A stretch of 63,994 nt of DNA, filler included, from Octopus bimaculoides (lineage: Eukaryota), in assembly GCF_001194135.2 (NCBI RefSeq). It is 6 parts of 6 records of this genome, joined end to end, with 100 filler letters (N's around TTAATTAATTAA, not from the genome) between each part and the next. Parts side by side here need not be neighbours in the genome. Positions count along the whole stretch, not along the records: positions 45,707 to 60,333 come from NC_068996.1; positions 60,434 to 61,467 come from NC_068993.1; positions 61,568 to 63,994 come from NC_068995.1; 3 more parts are not named here. One strand, 5' to 3'. Positions 51,418 through 63,815 of this stretch are shown here, piece after piece. Below the pieces are notes generated by a model that was given only the letters and a program-made list of their open reading frames with translations, ran no database searches and was not told the origin of the DNA. Made by a program: the position numbers and the translations under genes. Positions within the stretch are counted from its first letter, which is position 1. Each line of letters begins with the position of its first letter.

Positions 51418-52149
51418 GACGGACTTGCTTGTTTCGGATGGGTGTTGAAATTTTAAATTACAAATTTTTCTTTACTTTCATCACAACAATGTACCGCTCT
51501 TGGGCTAAACAAACCCGTGTAACTTCAGCATCATCATTCGATGAAATTGTGTTTATGGGAAGAAAATATCGTAAAACATCAATACATGTCAGTGACAAAG
51601 AAATGCGTAAGGTAGCGGGTAGTCGTGGGATGTGCCAGAAACAACAACTAAATCATCCTTAAATCATCTGAAAATAAAGGTCACAATGGGAAGTGATATG
51701 CCTTAATATAAAAATAGTTCGGATATGTCTGAGTTATGACTATTTAGAAATAAATTATCGAAAGTCGAAATTTTTGCATAATCGTAGAGAAAGTGTTGAG
51801 ACACAAATTCGCAAAAGTTTTCTGAAAATGCCCCCAAAATAAAAATGTTATGACAGAATAAATGGTGTGCTTTGATCAGAATTCCTTCCAAAATTCAATG
51901 CCTCTAAGGTATTTTTAAGATATCGGTCTAACATTTCCAACCATTCTACAAGAGTATGGTCTTTTAAATGAAGTCAATTTCGACTACATTTTTTTAATAT
52001 TTTGTGTTTTAGTTATTTTAAAATTTCAGATTATTTTCTCTAATTCTACTTAAATAAATTACCAGTTTTGTGGTGTTTGTGGTTGTAGGGACTACTGTGA
52101 ATTGCTTGGTAACATGCAGTTTACCGTCATAAAACCGGGACAAGGAATA

Positions 52150-52560
52150 GTCTTACAAAAATGAAAGTAAATTGCGTTGGAAACCAAAAGTGAAATTGCA
52201 CAATTTGCAAATTCTTGTAAACTGAGGTCATGTTTTACCTCATCTCAGCAGGCACTTTTATTTATAACGAAGGACATTGCTGGAGCGTTTGCTTGTCTTA
52301 AAGTAGCTCTTAGATTATTATTGAGCCTGATGGTCACGAATTGTTCAGGAGAGAAGTCGTTCAATAAATTGAGCCTCAGGTAAAGAATATTCTGAGGACC
52401 ACGATGACCTATGAGAGACTAAGTGCTGTGTACTTGTTGGATAAAGAGAGCCGTGTTCTTAAAACAATGCAGTTTGTATAATTTGTTAAAGATTTTTTAA
52501 AAGTCAAATGCAGAAAAAAGACTTTTTGTAGATATTGAAGAAGTATATTGTAGAAAGATG
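52150..52560 (+). mobile_element. hAT transposase C-terminal dimerisation domain relic
   Basis: FACLKVALRLLLSLMVTNCSGEKSFNKL...KNILRTTMTYERLSAV. Possible weak CAGG-type ends at 51414 and 52750, but no TSD match. Confidence 0.8.
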
Positions 52561-52999
52561 GTAAAACCTGCTGTAATTAGTTTAGATGACGAAATTTTAT
52601 ATTTTCTCTACTGATTTGTCAAATTCAATTACAGGTATTATACGGATTTGAGATTTAAATATGGTGATTTTCCAAGAGTTTAACTCTTTTTCTAAGGAGC
52701 ATACCGAACTTGAAGTGCCCCGGTTCCCCTTTGGTCTAACTCCAGTCCTGCATAGTTTCTTAATGTTTAAAAGCTAGATTTAAACATACTTCTTTCAAAA
52801 TTCCTATTTTGTTTTCCACAAATCCACTTGTGCAGGTTGAACTATGTAAAACTATGTAAAACTATGTAATCTGGTTGTTTCTTCTAATACATCTAAATTA
52901 AGAATTTTTCATGAACCCTTAATATATTACTGTGTGTACCCAAGTACCAAATTTACTATTCTGCTTGCGCGGACCCCAATTATTTATATCGACTCCTAA

Positions 53000-53520
53000 T
53001 GTTCATATGGATCCTGGTTGAGAACCACTAATGTAAATAAACCCATCCTTCTTTCCTCACTTTCCTGAGAAGGTCGTGCAGTCTGAGACTTCAGGCACCT
53101 CCTCTGCAGGACCTTATCAGAAGCGACTCTCATTAGAAATTCCGGCTTGAATTCCAAATGCAACCAACTGAAACTTATGGATATCATCCAACTTTCTCAT
53201 ACTTGATCTATGTTTCTGTCTTCTACCGTATAGCTCACCTTGAAGAATCTGTCATGCGAACGTTTCCTGTGACATACTAATCACACGTCCGTTGTACCGG
53301 AGCTGTGATGTTTCAAGGTGGAAAAGTAGCACCTCAACCTCAGACTTCTTGATATCTAAGCTACACACTCTGTCGAGTAACGTTGCTCCAGAGTACACTC
53401 AGATGAATCCCATTTTGGCCGCTTGTAGTCGCAATCGTGATCTTTCGCTTATTACCCATCGTTAATATTGCGGAAACTGAGACATTAGTCATCTCATGAA
53501 AGTCTTTCCAATGTACTCCG
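53000..53520 (-). mobile_element. RTE/Expander-like LINE C-terminal relic
   Basis: SRLRLQAAKMGFI*VYSGATLLDRVCSLDIKK...LLFHLETSQLRYNGRVISM...LMRVASDKVLQRRCLKSQTARPSQE. Confidence 0.65.
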
Positions 53521-53590
53521 GGTGTTACTGTTTAAATAAATCATCTCTAAAAATTTATCACCGCATAGTTTGACTGTTGGAGAGCATATC

Positions 53591-55312
53591 ATACACTTAT
53601 ATTAGCATTACATATGCGCAATTCTTTTTGAATCGTGTAAGTGCTTTTTGAGTTGCTGTGCCAGTTGTAGTTTTGTGCTGGTAATTTTTGAATAATTTTT
53701 GTGCTGCTTTGCAGAGGTTTGGGTATTTACGTGTGTTTTGTTGGTGCTTTCTCTTCTGGTAAGAGAAGAGACAGACGGTTAACGAATGTCTGAAGACAGT
53801 TATTCAGACATATCATCGTCTGAAGAGGAGTTACTGGAAGCTGTTAAAACAATGGACCAGAAGGTGAGAACAGAGAAGAGGAATTTTGCTGATGCAGCAA
53901 GGTGTAAGGAGACAGAAGTGAATATCGGCGAACTAGGAAAACACAAAGGAGAAATGATCCGAGATGGGTTCGAAGTGAAGCTGAAGCCCCCGCAAGACGT
54001 AAAAAAACGGAATAAGGGAGAAAACGATAAACTATCGAACCTATTCGATAAATATAGGAAAATTTGATGTCGTCACGACAGAAGAAAGTAGAAAAGGCGT
54101 TAAGGCAGATTTGGGATGATATAACATACCTGACTAGAGGTTCAACATTTGGAACAGAAGAAGTGAGGTTCCGTAATGCAGCAGCAGCAAGGAAACATGC
54201 AGCGTTAACAATTCGAAGCGAAGATGTGGTGCTGTTGCCTACGTATAGAGGCAGGAGAGCGACAAGGAATCCCACCGGAGATTGGTGTGACTTGGGTGGC
54301 AGATGCGGTCCTCTGTGGTAATGAGGACAACATGGTAGTGCTCCAGGCCAAGAGAAAAGACTGCGTTAACTGAAGAGGTCAGCAACTGGAGATGATAGTC
54401 CAAGGGTCAAAAGAAACGGTAGAAAAGATTACAGAGACTATAACCATGGATGAAATAATTATGACTGTCAGGGTGGAAGGAAGAGTTCCACGCTGCTTTA
54501 AATGTGGCCTGAAGAGACACATAAGAGCGAACTGCCCTCCATTACCCAAAATGGTAGAGGAGCGACAGCCACCATCACAGGAGAGGAGACAAGAAGTGGA
54601 AAAAAGAAACTCCAGAAGATAGGGAATGGGAAACAGCCAGGAGGAGAAAAAAAGAAAAAGAAAGTGCTTGTGAACCCCAACCCACCCAGTGCCCATCCTC
54701 TCCCTTTTCACCACACCCTCCCCATGCAGACACCAAACCTACCCAAACCCCTCCAACAAGAAAACAGAAAAGAAATACAAGCACACACGATGTAAATAAG
54801 GTTCCCCCTCCCCCTGTTTGTTTTGCTTGCGTTCTGTATGCGGACGCGGAGGATGACAAGGTAAACCGGGTGAGCGAGTAGAAGGATATGGTTGAAGTGG
54901 AATTCTTGGATGATGGTGAGCCTATGATGTGCTATTTTTTAAACAAGGAACAAATGGAAATAGTTAAAAAGAACGATAAGGGTATTGATTTGTGGACAGT
55001 GATCGGCGATAGAGACAAGTTACCGAAAAGGACTTGTTATATTGAACTAATGGAGACTATGGCATTGAAGTGCTGTATTTAAGATATATGTACTTGAACG
55101 GCAAAACGGTTTCAATGTAACCACTCGACTTCGGGGGTCGAGTGAGCATTCCGCCTCATTATATCATCTTTTTCATGATTCATTCGTTTCTGTTATTTTG
55201 TTTCTTTCTTTATGCCTCCGTTTTATAATTTTAGTTCCCCGATTGTGTTTGTCCCTTCTTTGTTTAGCCCCTGGTGGGTAATAAAGAGATATACACTTAT
55301 ATTAGCATTACA
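53591..55312 (+). mobile_element. 1.7-kb element with a disrupted ORF1/Gag-like gene (CCHC knuckle), no RT, bracketed by 22-bp direct repeats
   Basis: ATACACTTATATTAGCATTACA at 53591-53612 and 55291-55312; ORF pieces 53786-55082; CFKCGLKRHIRANC at 54494-54535; AATAAA at 55280-55285. Confidence 0.7.
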
Positions 55313-56929
55313 GTTCATTATTCTTATTTTGCATCGTTTTTTTGTTTTAAAAGTCATTATTTTGAAATTTTACGCGGGGTTGGGTTGGAACGTAACACCG
55401 AAAGTTATGTGGATGCTAGATAAATGCATAGGGGTGACGCAAAGGAAAATGAAAATGGAATATTCTTCGTGCAAAGTATGTTTTCTCTTTCTCTACCTCT
55501 CTCCTTTCCCTCTCTAATATTCTACTCTATTGCTTCTGCTCCTCTGCCCTTCACGGCTCTTTCTCCTCCCACTAGCACGTAACCATATAAACCGTCTCAA
55601 TTGGCATTTTATTGTAATGCTGTTTTCTCTGTTCAAGCAACCAAATCTCTCTTCCATTCTCGTCGTAGCTTATCCGACAACAGTATGTTATAGTCTTTTT
55701 TAAATTTTGCATTTGCACTGTTTTTCTTAAATCTTTGAATTATATATATTTGTATATATATATATATATATATNNNNNNNNNNNNNNNNNNNNNNNNNNN
55801 NNNNNNNNNNNNNNNNNNNNNNNNNNNNNNNNNNNNNNNNNNNNNNNNNNNNNNNNNNNNNNNNNNNNNNNNNNNNNNNNNNNNNNNNNNNNNNNNNNNN
55901 NNNNNNNNNNNNNNNNNNNNNNNNNNNNNNNNNNNNNNNNNNNNNNNNNNNNNNNNNNNNNNNNNNNNNNNNNNNNNNNNNNNNNNNNNNNNNNNNNNNN
56001 NNNNNNNNNNNNNNNNNNNNNNNNNNNNNNNNNNNNNNNNNNNNNNNNNNNNNNNNNNNNNNNNNNNNNNNNNNNNNNNNNNNNNNNNNNNNNNNNNNNN
56101 NNNNNNNNNNNNNNNNNNNNNNNNNNNNNNNNNNNNNNNNNNNNNNNNNNNNNNNNNNNNNNNNNNNNNNNNNNNNNNNNNNNNNNNNNNNNNNNNNNNN
56201 NNNNNNNNNNNNNNNNNNNNNNNNNNNNNNNNNNNNNNNNNNNNNNNNNNNNNNNNNNNNNNNNNNNNNNNNNNNNNNNNNNNNNNNNNNNNNNNNNNNN
56301 NNNNNNNNNNNNNNNNNNNNNNNNNNNNNNNNNNNNNNNNNNNNNNNNNNNNNNNNNNNNNNNNNNNNNNNNNNNNNNNNNNNNNNNNNNNNNNNNNNNN
56401 NNNNNNNNNNNNNNNNNNNNNNNNNNNNNNNNNNNNNNNNNNNNNNNNNNNNNNNNNNNNNNNNNNNNNNNNNNNNNNNNNNNNNNNNNNNNNNNNNNNN
56501 NNNNNNNNNNNNNNNNNNNNNNNNNNNNNNNNNNNNNNNNNNNNNNNNNNNNNNNNNNNNNNNNNNNNNNNNNNNNNNNNNNNNNNNNNNNNNNNNNNNN
56601 NNNNNNNNNNNNNNNNNNNNNNNNNNNNNNNNNNNNNNNNNNNNNNNNNNNNNNNNNNNNNNNNNNNNNNNNNNNNNNNNNNNNNNNNNNNNNNNNNNNN
56701 NNNNNNNNNNNNNNNNNNNNNNNNNNNNNNNNNNNNNNNNNNNNNNNNNNNNNNNNNNNNNNNNTATATATATATATATATATATATATATGGACACACA
56801 CACACACCCACCCACCCACATACACACGCACGCACGCGCGCACATATAATGTTGATGAAAGAGTTCATGCGCCATGTTTTTAAGAATAGTTGTTCTCGAA
56901 TAAATTCTTGCATAAAAACCACCATTATT

Positions 56930-58325
56930 TTAACACGGCGCACAAACTTTGAGGCTGCGGTCATTCTGAGGCACCACTAGTGTAATCACCTTTTAAATCG
57001 CCAATTCTATGGGGTTGCCTTGGTGAAGAATGGAGTTTAATACCACTTCCTTATTACGGATTTCCTGAGATCGTGGATAGCAAGAGGTCAAGTCGTTTCA
57101 CTTCCACTCCATGGAGATCGCTCAGATGTTTTGGCAATGCGTTAAATAGCTGTGGACCCTTGAATTCCAAGGTGTTGCAGTACATGGTCTTCAACTTAAA
57201 TGGGACAGCTAAGACTTTTGGAAGAGTACAGTGACGTCCATTTTGAGGTCTAGTATAACTCCCAATTCCAAAGTTTGGTGCCAGCCCCTCCAGTATCTTC
57301 CATGCATATATCACTGCTTACCTCTCACGTTTTTGCTCCAGGGAGTAGAGTCGTAGCTCTTTCAGTCTCTCCTCGTAGCTCAGTTATTCCAGTGATCGCT
57401 GAACCGCCTGAAGTTCTGCTATTCATCCTATAGTCAAAAGTGACCACAGTTGGCAGCAGCAGTGCAGACGGCTGAAGACAAATACCCCCCATAGAGCCAG
57501 CATAGAATCCTGGTCCCTTGTCCTGAAGGTTCTCAGAATCCATCCGGCCATTCGTTTGCACACTGTCACCATCTGGGTGACATGCATGTGAAGCGAGGCA
57601 TCGTTGCTCATATCAATCCGAAGACCACGCACCGTATGTGATTGTCATTGCCGCTTCTTGTGGTCTAAAGTATCATTGTTGTAACTTCTGAGCATGAATT
57701 AGCTGTTAGCGGAGGACTTGGAACTTGCTTGCATTAAATTGCATGTTGTTGTCCTCAGCCCAGTTATATGTCGTCTAAGTCATTTTGTACCACATTAATA
57801 TCAGAAGCTTCCTTGACTGCTTGTTGTACTGTTGTGTCGTTGGCATAGCTATTAAATGTGGCCATCTGTGTGACAGATGGCATGCCTGAAAGAACCACCT
57901 TGAAAAGCAGTGGCCCCAGTACATTTCCCTGAGTCACTCTACTTTGTACTAATGTCTCCGTGTAGAGGGCCCCACTGGTTGCTACAGCCTGGCTTCTCTC
58001 TTTTAAGAAGTCAAGCAACCACTCTCCGATTTCTACTGTTATCCTGAGTTTCCGCAGTTTGTGACATATCATCCCATGATCAACCTTATCAAAGGCCATT
58101 GCAAAGTCGAGATATTTTACATCTACATTTGAGCGACTCATTCATTGTTTCAACAACCAGTCATAGTATTGTAAAGGGAATGCTGAGCGAAAGCCATGCT
58201 GGGTGTCAGGAAGCAAGTCATTATCTTCAGGGAACAGTTTCTTCCTGACAATGCACACCATGACTTTGCTGACATGGGAAGTTATAGAGACAGTTCTATA
58301 ATTCTTAGCATATGCTCTGGATGAC
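56930..58325 (-). mobile_element. CR1-group LINE 3' portion (RT to 3' UTR)
   Basis: YRTVSITSHVSKVM...TQHGFRS...VDVKYLDFAMAFDKVDHG...TQGNVLGPLLF...SYANDTTV...GRHCTLPKV...FKGPQLFNALPK. Confidence 0.9.
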
Positions 58326-58329
58326 ATTC

Positions 58330-59570
58330 TACAGAGAGAAATGAAAGTTAAGGTCAGCGAGGCGCTATCAAAAACTAGGTGAAGATGGTGTTGAAATCGA
58401 ACGTGAATACCAAAAATTTGATTACCGCAATGAATATCTGGGCAGTTGCATTGGTCAGATATAGTGCGTCCATCCTCAAATGGACTAAGGAGGAATTATA
58501 AACACTGGATAGACGGACGAGAAAGTTGACGACGCTGTATGGGGTGCTACACCCTAAAGCAAACGTAAACAGACTATATATGAAAAGAAAGAATGGTGGC
58601 AGAGGACTAATTAGTATAGGCCATTGTATAAGGAGTGAAAGGAGAATGCTTGCCGAGTATTTGATAAATAGTGATGAAGACTTGCTGCAATATGCCGCGA
58701 AAGATATGGATGTAAAGGCAGATGAAATTATGGGCAAAGAAGAGTTTAACCAAAGAGTTGAGAAGAGAAAAGAAGACTTTCTTGAAATGAGAATGCATGG
58801 GTAGGCTGAAAGGAATACACAAGACGTTAAGGATAATACAGCATCGTGGACATGGCTACAGCGAGGTGATTTGAAGCGTACGACCGAAAGCCTGATCATT
58901 GCTGCACAAGACCAGACTCTCGTGACCAATTCAGTGAAGTATAACAACTATAAAACTTCTGACACCCACAAAGGCAGACTCTGTGGAAAGAGTGTGGAAA
59001 ATGTGACCCACTTGGTAAGTGGATGTGAGAGTCTTGCACAAAAAGAATACAAGAGCCGCCACGATAAAATGTGTGTGTATCTTCATTGGCTCTTATGCGG
59101 TAAATACTAATATGAAGCATGTACCAAGTAAAGTAATGCAGGAGGATGGAAAAGTAACGATACTCTGGGACTATGATCTTCAGACGGATCGTGTAATCGA
59201 ACGACCGTCGGTCGGATATTGTCATATTGAATAAGAGAGACAAATACTGTCAGATCATTGATGTAGCCATACCAAATGACATGAATGCGAGGGGGTAATG
59301 TAAAAGTGATACCAGTGGTGATCAGTGCGTTAGGCTCAATCCCATTGAAACTTCAAAACTTCTTAAGGCAACTGGAAATCCCATGCAAGATTGATGTCTT
59401 GCAAAATGCAGCCTTATTGGGCACAGTGCACATCTTAAGGAAAGTATTATCTGTCTGAGGTTCTTGTTGTGACTTGTCAGATGACTAAAGAGTCCGGTGC
59501 ATTTTAATCTACACTGTGTTACAAAGGAATAATAATGAGAAGAAGAATAAGAAGAATGATAATAATAATA
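58330..59570 (+). mobile_element. R4/Dong LINE 3' portion (post-RT, CCHC finger, RLE, AAT-like tail)
   Basis: LHPKANVNRLYMKRKNGGRGLISI...LKRTTESLIIAAQDQ...RLCGKSVENVTHLVSGCESLAQKEYKSRHD...ILWDYDLQTDRVIE...LQNAALLGTVHILRKVL*. Confidence 0.9.
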
Positions 59571-59944
59571 TCTGTATGGATATTCATTTGAGTATTTACT
59601 CATAAATCGTAAATTATGCACTGAAATTATTTTGAATTAGGCGCGAGCTTGTTCAGTGCTTAACGGATACAACGAAGCGATTAGAATTTTTATCAGTAGG
59701 CATTTAACAACACTTGCTGAGGAGAATTAGGAATAATCCAAAATTTGAAATAATGATAAAGGTACATTTATTACCACTTTCTGCAGCTTTCTGCTGGGTT
59801 GGTATGTTAAATTTCTTTGCTCGTCTGTCCAATTTCTGTTGGTTTGTGTTTATTCAGTGAGACAGTGGCTTGTTTGAAGATTTTAACTCTTATTTCTAGC
59901 AAGCTGGTTTTTCGTGTACTCTCTATTATAATTATAAATTTTTA

Positions 59945-60140
59945 ATGAAATTTTATATACACACACACATACACACACACATACACGACAGGCTTCTTTC
60001 AGTTTCCATCAACCAAAATACACTCAATGGTCAGCTTGAGACAATAGTAGAACACACTTGCCCAATGTTCCAGGCAGTGATACTGAACTCGGAGCAATGT
60101 GGTTGGAAAGCAAGCTTCTTATCACACAGCCACGCCTGAT
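59945..60140 (-). mobile_element. Internal-microsatellite SINE family, 5' half
   Basis: Minus strand: gtggctgtgtgataagaagcttgctttccaaccacattgctccgagttcag...ttgggcaagtgtg...gaaactgaaagaagcctgtcg-(TG)n. Confidence 0.6.
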
Positions 60141-60333
60141 ATATAATCTTATATGATTGTTTCAAATTTTGGCACATGATCAGCAATTTCATAGGAAAGG
60201 CGTATCTAATACTTGACTGTGACCGAAATGAAGAATGGCTTAGTTCCCTCAGTGGCATTTGAACTCAGAATGAAAAGAGTAAGAATACATGCCGCAAAGC
60301 ATTTTTTCCACCCTTTTTTTTTTTTTTTTTTTT

Positions 60334-60433
60334 NNNNNNNNNNNNNNNNNNNNNNNNNNNNNNNNNNNNNNNNNNNNTTAATTAATTAANNNNNNNNNNN
60401 NNNNNNNNNNNNNNNNNNNNNNNNNNNNNNNNN
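60334..60433. other. Artificial scaffold spacer N44-TTAATTAATTAA-N44
   Basis: 12-mer at 60378-60389. Confidence 0.95.
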
Positions 60434-60471
60434 GCACGATTTAAAGTTCAAGTATTGGTGTGTGTCTGTGT

Positions 60472-60509
<38 letters not shown>

Positions 60510-60539
60510 AAATGAGTGTGTGTGTGTTTGTGGGTGGTG

Positions 60540-61380
60540 TATTGTCAGAAGAGTGCCATTCTTTCATTCAGCCTCGCACGTCCATGCAGACGCCGGTGTG
60601 TTTTCAGTCCAGCTTCCGTTCAGCGAGCAAATGCACAGATGTAGCACTTGAATTGTCTGTCGCCTGGTATCACCGGTTGAGTTGTAACCACATGTTTGGT
60701 CAGTCATGATAAAATATCTCACTTGCAAATTAAACCACACTCTTTAGAAATATATCATGGAGGTCGTGGCAGTGGAACCATCTCGTAAGCTGTTTGATTT
60801 CTCCCTGGAACACTTGACGGTAGATATCATTCTTTACACATTGTACTTCAATTCCACCAAGATTTCTGCAGATACTGCGATTGAGTCACGCTTACGAAGT
60901 GAATGCTTCAGAAGCAGCGTGTTCCCCCTCGCTTTTTCTCAGTAACATCACTTTTATTCTTGACAATCTTTCTGCTTCGCAGTTTTCCACATCTACTTCC
61001 AATGCTATAAGATCGTCATTTATAATATCCTTAAGACTCTTCCTTGTTTTATGCTGTGGACATTTCCCCTGATTAGCTCCCCATAAAAATCTGCTTAGGC
61101 ATCCTTCTATCTTCAATTTTGACTTCATTTCGCAATAGCGATGCCGCCCACTTTTTCAATTTAACATCAAATGTGTGAGAGGACTACCTTAAGATGCGCA
61201 GATAAAATACTGATGAAACCTCCCTATTGATAAGATCCCCTAGGCTGTCCCCGTTTCACATCCATATAGCAGGACTGTAAGAGTACAGAACTTATACACA
61301 GAGAACTTTCTGTTTCTTGTGGTACTCCGATCTGACTAAATCTACTTTCCGAATGCATCACACACCTTAGAAATGTACAC
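60540..61380 (-). mobile_element. RTE-like LINE C-terminal relic with C2H2-type finger remnants
   Basis: SVYKFCTLTVLLYGCET...FHQ; FLWGANQGKCPQHKTRKSLKDIINDDLIAL; FKCYICAF...EAGLKTHRRLH. Confidence 0.6.
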
Positions 61381-61467
61381 ACACACACACACACACACAC
61401 GCGAGTGCACACGCACGCGCGCGCGCACACACACACACACACACATACACACACACACACACACACA

Positions 61468-61567
61468 NNNNNNNNNNNNNNNNNNNNNNNNNNNNNNNNN
61501 NNNNNNNNNNNTTAATTAATTAANNNNNNNNNNNNNNNNNNNNNNNNNNNNNNNNNNNNNNNNNNNN
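61468..61567. other. Artificial scaffold spacer N44-TTAATTAATTAA-N44
   Basis: 12-mer at 61512-61523. Confidence 0.95.
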
Positions 61568-61606
<39 letters not shown>

Positions 61607-61634
61607 GTATGTACATGTATTATATGTAGAAATA

Positions 61635-61669
<35 letters not shown>

Positions 61670-62209
61670 CGTGTGTGTGTCAGTTGAGGTCCAGCTGTGT
61701 AGAATACTCGAATGAAAAGGTAAATCGATCAATAAAATTTATCAATCAATATTTTAGATAGACTTCAAAATTAACAGAGTAATCTTGATAAGATAGCAAA
61801 TCCTATACAAATACAGATTCAAAAGCAACTTACGTTGCTAAGAACACGATAAGCTTGAAGGAAATTAATGGGTAAATACATTTAAACACGACACACGTGT
61901 CTAAGGCAGAAAAAATCCATGAGTGTAAAACTACTTCATAATTTATGATGCAATACTCTTTTTTTCAGATGCGAAATGATTGATATCAAACATTATGTTG
62001 CAATGATTTGATAAACTTTGGGCTATTTATTCAGACTCTCTGTTTTTAAGTTCGATTTCTTTTCTCTCTCTTTCTCTTGCTCCCATATAAGTCTGTCCTT
62101 GATTTTAGTCGTATACTGATTTGAAAAAATTGGCGAGGATGTGATAGGAATTGAAAATTCCGAAACGATTAAATAGAAGAAAATCTCGCAGTATTCTCCC
62201 ACCCTTTTC

Positions 62210-62625
62210 TCCGATGTCTAATTCCAGGCTTGTGCCTATAGTGGAAAGGATTATCTCCACCAAGTATTTAACTACATTTCATATACATTTCTTTGGAAAG
62301 TTGACAAGCTGGCAGAATCGTTGGTACGACGAGCAAAACACTTAGAGGCATTTCGTCCGCTCTCACGTTCTAAGTTCAAATTCCACCGAAGTCGATTTTG
62401 TCTTTCATTCCTTTCGGGNNNNNNNNNNNNNNNNNNNNNNNNNNNNNNNNNNNNNNNNNNNNNNNNNNNNNNNNNNNNNNNNNNNNNNNNNNNNNNNNNN
62501 NNNNNNNNNNNNNNNNNNNNGGGGGGGGGGGGTCGATATAAAATAAGTACTAGTTGAACTCTGGAATCGCAGTAATCAACTTACCCCTGCGCCGAAATTG
62601 TTGGCTTTGTGCCAAAATTTGAAAT
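62210..62625 (+). mobile_element. ATT-tail-family SINE pieces (3' stub plus one copy broken by an N gap)
   Basis: ggcttgtgcctatagtggaaaggattat; gctggcagaatcgttgg...gttcaaattccaccgaagtcgattttgtctttcattcctttcggg-N-gggggtcgatataaataagtac. Confidence 0.65.
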
Positions 62626-62635
62626 CAGTATGTAT

Positions 62636-62930
62636 TTCTTTGTTCCTTCACGAACCATGTTTGGCTCATAATGGCCAGTTTCCCGGTTTCATTGACGTAT
62701 AGATTCCCCACCTGGAACGGGACGCCGATCCGCCGCAGGTGAGCTGCTAGATACAGGAGTAAGAAAAAATTGTGGCGAAAGTGTCAGCAGAGGTTCACCA
62801 TTACCTTCTGCCGGGCCTGCGTGGAGCTTAGGTGTTTCTCTCATAAACACACACATTCCCGGACTGAGTTTCGAACCCGCGATCCCTCGACCGCGAGGTC
62901 CGCTGCTCTAACTACTAGGCCATGTGCCTC
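62636..62930 (-). mobile_element. Full-length tRNA-derived SINE (module X plus tail T3)
   Basis: Minus strand: ggcctagtagttagagcagcgg...gggttcgaaactc...aaacacctaagctccacg...tail ctcacctgcggcggatcggcgtcccgttccaggtgggg. Confidence 0.8.
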
Positions 62931-63474
62931 TATGTATTTGTTTGTATGTTATTGCAATTATGCCGGCGTTCTTTTTTTTTTTATCTTAGTCCTGAACAAA
63001 AATAATGTTGTTGATGTTATTCATTTAATAAGATACTTTGTTACGTTTTTTGCAAAAGAAATACTCCGTCATTATTCGTTGTTTTCCGCAGTCGTGCTTG
63101 GTGTTATTGTATATAGTTTTATTAAGTCTGTCTTTCTCCTCCCTACCAAATGACCTTGTCTGTATCTAGTTCTTGCTGTGCTGTCTGTCATATCTCACAG
63201 AGAGTCAAATTATCCTGGCTGGCACTTTCGTGTTGATACTGAACATGTGAGTCACATCTTTCTCACCAGATTCACATAAATGCGGTACATTTTCACATAA
63301 TCACAAAAATTTGAGAATATCATTTTGTAGAGGTCTTAACAGAAAATAGACAATTTTTAACAACCAAAACGTGAAGTATAGTGGTAGGCTTCAAGAAAAC
63401 TATTCCATCCAGATTCCTTTAGTGAAAACAAGAACCTAAAAGAACACATTCTAACTGTCAAAGCTTCTTCCCTT

Positions 63475-63815
63475 GTGGTGTATGGTGGTTAGAGCGTCGG
63501 GCTCGCAATCATGAGGTAGCGTGTTCGATTCCCTGACCGGGCTGCGTGTTGTGTTCTTGAGCAAGACACATCATTTCCCATTGCTCCAGTTCACTCAGCT
63601 GTAGAAATGAATTGTGACGTCACTGGTTCCAAGCTGTATCGGCGTTTGCCTTTTCTTTGAAAAACATTGGTGGCGTGGAGAGGGAAGGCTGCTATGCATG
63701 TGTGACTGCTGGTCTTCCATAAATAGCCTTGCCTGGACTTGTGCCTCGGAAGGGAACTTTCTAGAAGCATCCCATGGTCATCTATGACCGAATGGGGTAT
63801 TACCCTTTTACAATT
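63475..63815 (+). mobile_element. Full-length tRNA-derived CORE-like SINE (module Y plus tail T2)
   Basis: ggtggttagagcgtcgggctcgc...gttcgattcc...ttgagcaagacac...ttgctccagttcactcagctgtagaaatga..., then tail T2. Confidence 0.85.
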
